Assembly: GCA_017882345.1 (NCBI GenBank)
Contig: JADGPT010000003.1
Location: 1 to 44,015, forward strand
Direction: 5' to 3'
From: Bacteroidales bacterium
GTDB taxonomy: Bacteria > Bacteroidota > Bacteroidia > Bacteroidales > VadinHA17
DNA length: 44,015 nt
In this document: piece by piece, positions 9,831 to 18,324 of the stretch
Position numbering within the stretch: the stretch's first letter is position 1
How the letters are laid out: each line of letters opens with the position of its first letter
Notes under the pieces: model-generated
Database searches by the model: none
Seen by the model: only the letters and a program-made list of their open reading frames with translations
What the model was told of the DNA's origin: nothing
Translations under genes and position numbers: made by a program

Positions 9831-10388
9831 ATGAGCTTTAATATAGAGAATTATTTTTCAGACTTGTCTGCCGGGAATACAATCCTTTATTATAAAGGCA
9901 ATGTTGATTCGGATGTCATAAATCATGTTCTTGACACTGTTGAGGATAAGATGGTTGCGGTTAATGAACAATCAAAGCTCAGGAAAAAAGTCTATAATGT
10001 CCTTGTTGAAAGTCTTCAGAATTTATACCATCATGTTGACAAAGTTCCCGATGACTTTGAGGATCAGACGGCTGAAAGATTTGGCCTGCTCGTAGTTAAA
10101 AAGGTCAACGACGGATATAGAATAATAACTGGAAATTTTGTACATGCCGAAAACATTGAAAGGCTGGAAGAGAAAATCAAGAGGATCAACAGGTCTAGCC
10201 ATGAAGAGATCAGGGAACTATATAAATTTATTCTGAACCACCAGCGTATTTCGGCTAAAGGAGGAGGTGGACTTGGCCTTGTTGACATAGCAAGGAAAAC
10301 AGGTAATAAACTTGAATACACTATTAAAGTATATAATAAAAATTATTCGTTCTTCTATCTTGATATTTTAGTGAACGAAGAAATGTAA
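9831..10388 (+). CDS. SiaB family (DUF6272) GHKL-type Ser/Thr protein kinase
   Basis: YKG N-terminal motif, N-box VESLQNLYHH, TGN, G-box KGGGGLGLVDIARK. Confidence 0.85.
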   Translation: MSFNIENYFSDLSAGNTILYYKGNVDSDVINHVLDTVEDKMVAVNEQSKLRKKVYNVLVESLQNLYHHVDKVPDDFEDQTAERFGLLVVKKVNDGYRIITGNFVHAENIERLEEKIKRINRSSHEEIRELYKFILNHQRISAKGGGGLGLVDIARKTGNKLEYTIKVYNKNYSFFYLDILVNEEM

Positions 10389-10410
10389 ACAAATTTTAAA
10401 TCTGATAAAT

Positions 10411-10791
10411 ATGGAACCGATCATTATCGAAGGAACCGCAAAAACTCCAACAGTTAAATTTGATTCTACAGAAGGTGTCTTTGAAATTAAAGGACGTTCA
10501 ATTCCAGAAAACTCAGTAGAATTCTATAAGCCTTTGGTAGACTGGCTTGATACATATAAGGAGTCACCTCTTACAAAAACTGTAGTAAATATTCGCCTTG
10601 AATATTTCAACACAAGCTCATCGAAGTGTATCCTCGATGTATTTAAGAAACTCGAAGCAATTCACAAAGCGAAAAATGAGGTTGAGGTGAACTGGTATTA
10701 CGAGGAAGACGATGAGGATATGCTAGAGGCAGGCGAGGATTATGAATCAATAATCCGGGTACCATTTAAAATGATTGAGATTATTGAATAA
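10411..10791 (+). CDS. SiaC family (DUF1987) regulatory phosphoprotein
   Basis: TP.V.FD, GRSIPEN, FY.P, YFNTSSSK (phospho-Thr motif), WYYEEDDEDM.E.GEDY. Confidence 0.9.
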   Translation: MEPIIIEGTAKTPTVKFDSTEGVFEIKGRSIPENSVEFYKPLVDWLDTYKESPLTKTVVNIRLEYFNTSSSKCILDVFKKLEAIHKAKNEVEVNWYYEEDDEDMLEAGEDYESIIRVPFKMIEIIE

Positions 10792-10832
10792 CTGATTTTT
10801 GAAGTTATTATGACAAAGATCGGTTGTTCTAA

Positions 10833-10874
10833 AAATTAAAGAGGCTGTCTCTTCTGAGGCAGCCTCTTTAATTT
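10833..10874. terminator. Bidirectional intrinsic terminator between siaC-like gene and ABC transporter
   Basis: aaattaaagaggctgtctc-ttct-gaggcagcctctttaattt inverted repeat with A/T-rich flanks between convergent genes. Confidence 0.85.
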
Positions 10875-10888
10875 ATCAACGTGTTGAT

Positions 10889-13800
10889 CTAATCGGAACT
10901 TTTCTTCTTTTTCCCAAATATATCTTCCCCGGAATCGAGTAGTTTTTTGAGCAACCTGAAATACAGTGCAAGGTAAAGAAAAAATGTCATACCCCAGAGG
11001 ACGATAACATTTACCATATAAGTATCAACTTTCATCCCAAAAATCTGCTTTTCCGGTGCATAAAAATGTGCCCTTATAAATTTATATTTGGAATCCATGA
11101 ATATTGGATCGAGTTTCTGAATCAATTCACCCTTATAAACAATGGTTTTTGTCGTTTCATTTTTGTCCTTAACGAACTCCTCGAGAGAATTATTAAAATA
11201 GTTATCCCTTAGTTTCAGGAATTTTTGCAGATTTTCTCCTGCCAACCTCGATTTCAAAGCTTCTTTACGGTTGCTGGCATCATTATAAAGATTGACATAA
11301 AGTTTCCTGATTGTTTCAACATAACTTATACCGGCAGTAGCTACTTCATAAGTAATCTTGTCGGGAGTGAGTTGATCACTATATACAAATCTGATCTCTG
11401 GTGTCAGTGCAAGTTGTTTCTTAATCTCATTTGAGACAAGAAGCAGGTTATCTCTGAATTCATTATCCTTTACTCCTTTGTCCAGGTCATTTATAATATT
11501 ATCAAGAGCGCCTTTTATCTCTACATTCCAATAGTCTTTCTTAAAGACTGCATTACTCATCTCCTTTTCATAAAGATAAAAAGGCCTTTCATAATTATTA
11601 TTAATAAACTGCTTAACGGCAAGGGCTTCATAACCCCACCTGGCAGTGATAAATTCACCATATACCGGAATAGAAACCGGAGAGGAAATATTCGGATTCA
11701 GCTTCTCAAATTTGACCATTACACCACTTAAAATAATCTGAGGAATTACAAGGAATGGAATTAATATATAAATAGTTACCACAGTCTTGAAGCTATCTGA
11801 TATTACCAGTCCAAGCATATTTGCACCTGCCCAGCAAGAAAACAGTACGAGCCAGTATTCAAACATCATCCCTCTTATTTCAGTAATCCCGTTACCAACC
11901 AGTACAAATGTGAATGCCTGAATTGCCGATATTGCAAACTGAACGAACACTTTCGACATCAGATAACTATTCCAGCTAAGATTAAGGAAAGCCTCCCTTT
12001 TTAAAATTTTTCTATCTTTTATTATCTCTTCAGCACTGACTGTAAGCCCCATGAAAATAGCTACAATCACCGACATGAAAATATAGATCGGAAGGTTGCT
12101 GTTGTTATATAAAGTGTAGTGTGGGGTTTTTATGCTTTCATCAAAATATCGTATAAGGAATGCAAGAAAAAATGCCAGAATGGGCGCCTCCAAAAGTGTA
12201 ATAATAAGGTATTGCGTGTCAGCAACTTTGGAGAGAACATCACGTTTAATAAAAACTATAAACTGTTTAAGTCTGTTTGGAGTCTTGAAATTTATTTCTG
12301 GTATTGAATTACCTGGTTCCCTTTTATCTTCCTTCTTTTCTTCTTTATAAAGGTTACTCCAGTCTGCCGGGGAAATCCTGCGTGTTTCGGTGGGTTGTCC
12401 ACTCTCGGTAAACACTTTGGTCTCAACAATATTGAATATCTGTTCAGGATTCACATTACCGCAGACGTAACACTCGCTATCGTTGTAATTTGCCTGTTCA
12501 ATTTTCCTTTTAAAATACTCTATTGAGTCAACCGGGTTGCCATTATATATAAGATATCCTCCGGTATCGAGGATAATAAGCTTATCAAACATCTTAAATA
12601 TCTCGGATGAGGGTTGATGGATTACAATAAACAGAAGTTTCCCTTTTCGTGCAAGTTCCTTTAATAAGTCAAGAATATTTTCAGAATCACGGGAAGATAA
12701 ACCGGATGTTGGTTCATCAAGAAACATTATTGCTGGTTCGCGGATAAGCTCAAGCGAGATGTTGAGTCTCTTTCGTTGTCCGCCACTTATTTTCTTATTA
12801 AGTGGACTGCCTACCTGAATATTCCTTATTTCATAGAGTCCGAGATTTTTCAGGACACTATCGACTCTGGTGATGATTTCTTCTTCTGTTAAATTATCAA
12901 AGCAAAGTTTAGCGTTGTAATAGAGATTTTCAAAAACAGTGAGCTCTTCAATGAGAAGGTCATCCTGTGAGACATATCCGATAAGCCCTTTGATCTTTTC
13001 CTTTTCCTTATGGATGCTTATTCCATTTATAAACACTTCTCCGTCATAAGGATTGCTTGTACCATTCAGTACACCGAGTAGAGTTGACTTTCCTGCCCCA
13101 CTGGCACCCATGATCCCTACCATTCTGCCCGATTCTTCCTTGAAGCTCATGTGATGAATTCCCACTGTTCCGCTTTTGAACCGGTATTCAAGATTATTAA
13201 CCTCATAAACTACTCTTGATGCTTTGAACTCCCCTTTCAGGAATTGCATTGTAACATCCCAGTAATATATAGGTGTTATTTTATATCCTTTGATAGATGA
13301 TCCCTGACTGAATGGATATACTTTTTCCTCCTGCAGGAGTTGGCCATTCATAGATAATTCACCTGAACCAATAAACCTTACAAAATATTTGTTAACAGAT
13401 GGCACATATAGTATCCAGATGTGACCTTTCAGTAAATCCTTATATGCATGTTTTGCCTCTTTGCGGTCAAAGTTCTTAATGCCATTAATTATTAACAGAT
13501 CAGAGGTTGCAGGAATATTTAAAAACGAATTCAGGACAAATCTTTCAATGAATTCATATTCCTCTGTGGTAATATTCAACCCTTCCGCGAGTGTACTTAT
13601 AAAACCAAGTTCAAGCTGACTTACTTCCTGTCCTCCTAATTTGCAAAATTCCAGTACCTGAATAACTACTACTATTCTCTGTTCCTGGTCGAGCTGACCC
13701 TGTTCGTTGATTTCATTGCTAAGTTTTCTGATCCTGATTGCGATGGCTCCTTCACGTCTCTCTTCACTGCTTTTTTCAAGCTTCTTTCTGGCTTCTTCAA

Positions 13801-13960
13801 ATTTTTCATCATATTTCGAGAGATATTTATTTACCAGTTCCTGATTCAGCAGTCGTTTGAGAAAAACTTCAACGAACCCTCTTCTCTCTTTAGCGTTGCT
13901 CTGAGGTTTGGCAATAATCGCAAACAACTGCATAAGAGTTTCCAGGATCTTCTCACTCAT
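10889..13960 (-). CDS. ABCG/White-like ABC half-transporter (N-terminal TerB-like helical domain, NBD, ABC-2 type membrane domain)
   Basis: Walker A GASGAGKST, Q-loop YVSQDD, signature ISGGQRKR, Walker B FLDEPTSGL, VIHQPS H-loop, then multiple TM helices. The N-terminal domain call is by resemblance only. Confidence 0.85.
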   Translation of the reverse strand: MSEKILETLMQLFAIIAKPQSNAKERRGFVEVFLKRLLNQELVNKYLSKYDEKFEEARKKLEKSSEERREGAIAIRIRKLSNEINEQGQLDQEQRIVVVIQVLEFCKLGGQEVSQLELGFISTLAEGLNITTEEYEFIERFVLNSFLNIPATSDLLIINGIKNFDRKEAKHAYKDLLKGHIWILYVPSVNKYFVRFIGSGELSMNGQLLQEEKVYPFSQGSSIKGYKITPIYYWDVTMQFLKGEFKASRVVYEVNNLEYRFKSGTVGIHHMSFKEESGRMVGIMGASGAGKSTLLGVLNGTSNPYDGEVFINGISIHKEKEKIKGLIGYVSQDDLLIEELTVFENLYYNAKLCFDNLTEEEIITRVDSVLKNLGLYEIRNIQVGSPLNKKISGGQRKRLNISLELIREPAIMFLDEPTSGLSSRDSENILDLLKELARKGKLLFIVIHQPSSEIFKMFDKLIILDTGGYLIYNGNPVDSIEYFKRKIEQANYNDSECYVCGNVNPEQIFNIVETKVFTESGQPTETRRISPADWSNLYKEEKKEDKREPGNSIPEINFKTPNRLKQFIVFIKRDVLSKVADTQYLIITLLEAPILAFFLAFLIRYFDESIKTPHYTLYNNSNLPIYIFMSVIVAIFMGLTVSAEEIIKDRKILKREAFLNLSWNSYLMSKVFVQFAISAIQAFTFVLVGNGITEIRGMMFEYWLVLFSCWAGANMLGLVISDSFKTVVTIYILIPFLVIPQIILSGVMVKFEKLNPNISSPVSIPVYGEFITARWGYEALAVKQFINNNYERPFYLYEKEMSNAVFKKDYWNVEIKGALDNIINDLDKGVKDNEFRDNLLLVSNEIKKQLALTPEIRFVYSDQLTPDKITYEVATAGISYVETIRKLYVNLYNDASNRKEALKSRLAGENLQKFLKLRDNYFNNSLEEFVKDKNETTKTIVYKGELIQKLDPIFMDSKYKFIRAHFYAPEKQIFGMKVDTYMVNVIVLWGMTFFLYLALYFRLLKKLLDSGEDIFGKKKKSSD

Positions 13961-14115
13961 AATAAAGCATTTTTATAATTCAAGCTTTGAAGATATGAAA
14001 TTAGTTGTTTGGGACAAAGAATCCTAATTAATGTTTTTTGCTTTATTCCATATTTTAGCCATCTATTCAGCCTGGTTAAGGCCAATGGTTGAATGAATTT
14101 ATCTGCAAAAAAATC

Positions 14116-14694
14116 CTATTTCTTCTTGTTTTTCTTCTCCACAGAAAAACCAAATTTACCTATTAAACTGCCTGTTTCATAATATTTTCCATGCGAATAG
14201 CAGATAGGTTCTGCGTCGTTTAATCTGAACAGACCGGTGTTTTTATCAATATATTTTTCATCGGCATTAACGGCTACCACCTCTGATATAAACATGTGGT
14301 GCGATCCAAGTTCTTTTATTTCCTTAACAATACATTCAATATTGATTGGCGATTCTTTGATCAAAGGCGCTTTTAGCTTTGAAGCAGGAACAGGAGTGAG
14401 CCCCATTTCAGAAAACTTTTTATGGTCCTTTCCGGATTTTACACCACACCAGTCTGTTGCAAAAGCAAGTGATTTTGTCGTCAGGTTGATTACATACTCA
14501 CCATTATTTTTTATTATATTATAGGAGTGACGGCCAGGCCTTACAGAAATGTAACACATTGCCGGATCACTACATATAGTACCAGTCCATGAAACCGTAA
14601 TAATATTATACTCTTCAGGAACAGATCCACAACTTACCATTACCGCCGGTAACGGATAAATCATCGTTCCGGGTTTCCATAAAACTTTACTCAT
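14116..14694 (-). CDS. Flavin reductase family (flavoredoxin-like) protein
   Basis: YPLPAVMVSC, NIITVSW, D.CG..SG...KF, P.IKESP.NIEC, GSH.MFI.EV. Confidence 0.88.
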   Translation of the reverse strand: MSKVLWKPGTMIYPLPAVMVSCGSVPEEYNIITVSWTGTICSDPAMCYISVRPGRHSYNIIKNNGEYVINLTTKSLAFATDWCGVKSGKDHKKFSEMGLTPVPASKLKAPLIKESPINIECIVKEIKELGSHHMFISEVVAVNADEKYIDKNTGLFRLNDAEPICYSHGKYYETGSLIGKFGFSVEKKNKKK

Positions 14695-14710
14695 AATTCA
14701 GAATTTGAGC

Positions 14711-14718
14711 CAAAGATA
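14711..14718 (-). promoter_or_regulatory. -7 promoter element (TATCTTTG) for flavin reductase gene
   Basis: TAnnTTTG on the minus strand 17 nt upstream of the ATG. Confidence 0.6.
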
Positions 14719-14730
14719 GTGCTAAATTCA

Positions 14731-14747
14731 TTACCCCCCAACCCCCC
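14731..14747 (-). repeat. Partial copy of G6-TT-G6 repeat element
   Basis: ttaccccccaacccccc is the reverse complement of the 3' half of the 6768-6801 element. Confidence 0.7.
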
Positions 14748-14753
14748 TATATT

Positions 14754-14836
14754 TGCCATAATGACATGATAAGTATATGATTTTCTGTCAAAAAGACATT
14801 GAATTGAAATTGATTAACACTGGCAGTAATTTTGCA
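14754..14836 (+). promoter_or_regulatory. Putative sigma54-type (-24/-12) promoter of clpB with two upstream TGYCA-N3-WGACA boxes
   Basis: TGGCAGTAATTTTGCA at 14821-14836 (GG-N10-GC); TGCCATAATGACA at 14754-14766 and TGTCAAAAAGACA at 14786-14798. Confidence 0.6.
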
Positions 14837-14859
14837 GAACATTACTCAAACAACGCAAT

Positions 14860-17457
14860 ATGAATTTAAATAATTTCACCTTAAAAGCTCAGGAATCAGT
14901 TCAAAAAGCATTTGACATTGCTAACGCCAAAGGCCAGCAAGCTGTTGAATGTGCACATATTCTCAAAGGAGTAATGAGCGAGGCAGAGAGTATCACAAAT
15001 TTCCTCTTCGGGAAAATGGGAGTAAATTCTGTCGCTCTGGCAAAAGAGATTGATAGTCTTATTGATTCATATCCAAAGGTTACAGGTGCAGATTCCTATG
15101 TATCGTCTTCAGTATCAGATGCGTTCAGGAAAGCAAATAACCATGCCGCACAAATGAAAGACAAATTTGTATCATCAGAACACTTACTCATGGGAATCCT
15201 TGATACTGAGGATAAGGCATCGCGTATCCTTAAGGATTTGGGTGTGACAATGAAAGAACTGAAAGCTGCTGTCAATGAACTTAGAAAAGGAGCAACTGTG
15301 GAGAGTCAGACTTCAGATGATACTTTTAATTCGCTGAACAGGTTCGCAATCAATCTGAATGAGAGGGCGCGGTCAGGGAAACTCGACCCTGTCATAGGTC
15401 GGGATGATGAAATCAGGCGTATTCTACAGATACTAACACGGCGGACAAAAAATAATCCGCTACTGATAGGTGAACCTGGCGTTGGAAAAACAGCTATTGC
15501 TGAAGGTTTGGCTCATAGGATAATCAGGGGAGATGTTCCTGAAGATATTAAATCAAAGATCATTTATTCACTCGATATGGGATCCCTTATCGCGGGAGCA
15601 AAATATAAAGGAGAATTTGAAGAAAGATTAAAATCAGTTGTGAACGAAGTTATCGGATCAAACGGGGAAGTAGTCCTTTTTATCGACGAGATTCATACCC
15701 TTGTTGGTGCCGGTAAATCTGAAGGAGCGATGGATGCCGCCAATATTCTGAAACCTGCTCTTGCCAGAGGTGAACTGAGAGCGATTGGGGCAACTACCTT
15801 AAATGAATATCAGAAATACTTTGAAAAAGACAAGGCTCTTGAAAGAAGATTCCAGGTTGTTATGGTTGATGAGCCCGACAGGACAGATTCCATTTCGATA
15901 CTGAGAGGTATCCGTGAGAAATATGAAACACATCATAAAGTTATTATCAGAGATGAAGCGCTCATTGCAGCTGTAGACCTGTCAACAAGGTATATAACCG
16001 ACCGGTTCTTACCTGATAAAGCAATCGACCTTATTGATGAAGCAGCATCGAGGTTAAGACTTGAAATGAATTCTGTTCCAGAAGAGATCGATGAAGCTGA
16101 AAGAACTATTACCCGTCTTGAAATTGAAAAAGAGGCACTCAGGAGGGATGGAGATACAGTTAAGGCAGAAAAAATATCACGGGATCTTGCTGATATGCAA
16201 GCGAAAAGGGATGAGCTGAAAGCCGGATGGAAGGCTGAAAAAGAAATGATTGATAAGGTGCAGGTTAAAAAAGAGGCCATCGAATCTCTTCGTCTTGAAG
16301 CAGAACAGGCTGAGAGAAGCGGCGACTATGGAAAAGTAGCGGAGATACGGTATGGAAAAATAATTGAAATTGAAAAGGGAATTTCAGAACTTAAGAATCT
16401 AATCGAAAAGAAACGAACTAAAGGGTCGCTGATACAGGAAGAGGTACGATCGGAAGATATTGCAGCCATAGTGTCTAAATGGACCGGAATACCTGTTTCA
16501 CGGATGCTCGAAAGTGAAAAAGAAAAATTGTTAAAGCTCGAATCTGAATTACACAAAAGGGTAGTCGGGCAGGATGAAGCAATTACAGCAGTTGCTGATG
16601 CAGTCCGAAGGTCACGGGCCGGACTGCAGGACCAGAAAAAGCCATTGGGTTCCTTTATCTTTATCGGAACCACAGGTGTGGGAAAAACAGAGCTGGCGAG
16701 GGCTCTTGCCGGATTCCTCTTTAATGATGAAAACCTGTTGACACGGATAGATATGTCTGAATACCAGGAAAGACATTCTGTATCGAGGCTTATTGGTGCA
16801 CCTCCGGGATATATTGGATATGACGAAGGAGGACAACTCACTGAGGCTGTCCGGCATAAACCATATTCAGTAGTTCTTCTCGATGAGATTGAAAAAGCAC
16901 ATCCCGACCTGTTTAACCTGCTACTCCAGGTTCTTGACGAGGGAAGACTTACAGATAATAAAGGACGGACAATAAATTTCAGAAACGTTATTATTATCAT
17001 GACATCGAACCTGGGGTCAGAACTTATAAGAGACAGGATGGATAAATTGGATAATAAAATGTCGGAAAAGGAAGAGGAAATCCTCAGGAAAGAAATATTT
17101 ACACTATTAAGAAGAACACTCAAACCGGAATTTCTTAACAGGGTTGACGAAATTGTAATGTTTAAACCTTTAACTAAAGAACAGATTAGAGCAATCGTGG
17201 AAATTCAACTGGTTAATATAGAGCATACTCTTGCCGGGTATCAACTGAAATTAGTGGTAAGAGATGAGGCTATTGACTGGTTGGCAGAAAAAGGTTATGA
17301 TCCTCAATTGGGGGCAAGACCAGTAAAAAGACTTATTCAAAAAGAGATAGTAAATGAATTATCTAAAGAAATTATTGGTGGAAAGGTATCCAAAGAGGAG
17401 ACAATAATAGTTGATGTGGAAAATGGTCATCTCTCTTTCAAAAAAAAATCCAAATGA
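14860..17457 (+). CDS. clpB: ATP-dependent chaperone ClpB
   Basis: Two AAA+ modules ([16 protein letters not shown]), [13 protein letters not shown], coiled-coil middle domain ending [18 protein letters not shown]. Confidence 0.97.
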   Translation: MNLNNFTLKAQESVQKAFDIANAKGQQAVECAHILKGVMSEAESITNFLFGKMGVNSVALAKEIDSLIDSYPKVTGADSYVSSSVSDAFRKANNHAAQMKDKFVSSEHLLMGILDTEDKASRILKDLGVTMKELKAAVNELRKGATVESQTSDDTFNSLNRFAINLNERARSGKLDPVIGRDDEIRRILQILTRRTKNNPLLIGEPGVGKTAIAEGLAHRIIRGDVPEDIKSKIIYSLDMGSLIAGAKYKGEFEERLKSVVNEVIGSNGEVVLFIDEIHTLVGAGKSEGAMDAANILKPALARGELRAIGATTLNEYQKYFEKDKALERRFQVVMVDEPDRTDSISILRGIREKYETHHKVIIRDEALIAAVDLSTRYITDRFLPDKAIDLIDEAASRLRLEMNSVPEEIDEAERTITRLEIEKEALRRDGDTVKAEKISRDLADMQAKRDELKAGWKAEKEMIDKVQVKKEAIESLRLEAEQAERSGDYGKVAEIRYGKIIEIEKGISELKNLIEKKRTKGSLIQEEVRSEDIAAIVSKWTGIPVSRMLESEKEKLLKLESELHKRVVGQDEAITAVADAVRRSRAGLQDQKKPLGSFIFIGTTGVGKTELARALAGFLFNDENLLTRIDMSEYQERHSVSRLIGAPPGYIGYDEGGQLTEAVRHKPYSVVLLDEIEKAHPDLFNLLLQVLDEGRLTDNKGRTINFRNVIIIMTSNLGSELIRDRMDKLDNKMSEKEEEILRKEIFTLLRRTLKPEFLNRVDEIVMFKPLTKEQIRAIVEIQLVNIEHTLAGYQLKLVVRDEAIDWLAEKGYDPQLGARPVKRLIQKEIVNELSKEIIGGKVSKEETIIVDVENGHLSFKKKSK

Positions 17458-17468
17458 ACTGAGAGTTA

Positions 17469-17801
17469 TCAGAATGACCTTAAACATGTATCAATATCAG
17501 AATAGATCTGAAAAACAGTGTGAAGGTGAAGAGTTTCAAACAACTCAGTAATTCTTGGCTCCGGATTAGCAAACTTGAGTACTCCATAATTGTTCCTTGC
17601 AGCTTTCATAACTGAAAGAAAACAACCAAATCCTGAACTGTCAATATATTCCACCCCTTTAAGATCGATTATAACTTTTGAATTAGAATTATCAAGTACT
17701 TTAAGAATATCTTCTCTGATTTCATCAATGTTCAGAGCATTGATCTTATTGACAGAGAAGGATATAATGTCTATATTATCCTTTTTTTCAATATTTATCA
17801 T
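17469..17801 (-). CDS. STAS-domain anti-sigma factor antagonist
   Basis: IIDLKGVEYIDSSGFG motif, 110 aa; ATGA overlap with the upstream Hpt gene. Confidence 0.9.
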   Translation of the reverse strand: MINIEKKDNIDIISFSVNKINALNIDEIREDILKVLDNSNSKVIIDLKGVEYIDSSGFGCFLSVMKAARNNYGVLKFANPEPRITELFETLHLHTVFQIYSDIDTCLRSF

Positions 17802-18163
17802 TTATTACTGTTTAACCTGTTACTGATCAACTCATCAAGCTCCCTGATAGCTTCTTTTGTTTCACTTATAAATCTCTCTAAATATGATTCATATAATTGA
17901 GTTTCTTTTCCCGCCCTGGCCTGGAGTTCAAGTGTTTTTAACATTTCGGCCAACGAAGTCATCCCCATAATGGCAACTGATGACTTTGCTTTGTGGGCGA
18001 GCAATCCCAGAGAAGTATACTTCTTTGCTGCCAGGAGGGATTTCATCTCATTATATATTTCAACAGATTGTTCTTTGAATATCACAACGATTTCATTGAT
18101 GATTCCGGGATCTCCTCCTGAAACAGAATCAAGATATTCCATGTTTATGAATTTGTAATCCAT
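17798..18163 (-). CDS. Stand-alone histidine phosphotransfer (Hpt) domain protein
   Basis: YL..VSGGD...I.E....F, conserved LAHKAKSS His motif, all-helical 121 aa. Confidence 0.88.
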   Translation of the reverse strand: MDYKFINMEYLDSVSGGDPGIINEIVVIFKEQSVEIYNEMKSLLAAKKYTSLGLLAHKAKSSVAIMGMTSLAEMLKTLELQARAGKETQLYESYLERFISETKEAIRELDELISNRLNSNK

Positions 18164-18211
18164 AATTTTTAGAGAGATAAATTTTTATAACACCGTGCAA
18201 AGAATTACAAA

Positions 18212-18219
18212 CAAATATA
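18212..18219 (-). promoter_or_regulatory. -7 promoter element (TATATTTG) for Hpt-STAS operon
   Basis: TAnnTTTG on the minus strand about 50 nt upstream of the Hpt ATG. Confidence 0.55.
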
Positions 18220-18324
18220 ATAATATTTTTGTCTGTCTGTGAACAGTTTTCCGTTTATTAGTAAAGAAGGTTTTTCAGATAAAGGAAATAAGTGCTACTT
18301 TTATGGGTATAAAAAACAAATGTT

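Noticed and set aside
14065-14094. Weak hairpin downstream of the flavin reductase gene
   Set aside because: Stem relies on several G-U pairs on the plus strand, which become mismatches on the transcribed minus strand; not convincing as terminator or ncRNA.
15933-17123. Long antisense ORFs (115 and 265 aa) opposite clpB
   Set aside because: Shadow frames of a highly conserved gene; Ser/Ile-rich composition with no independent motifs.
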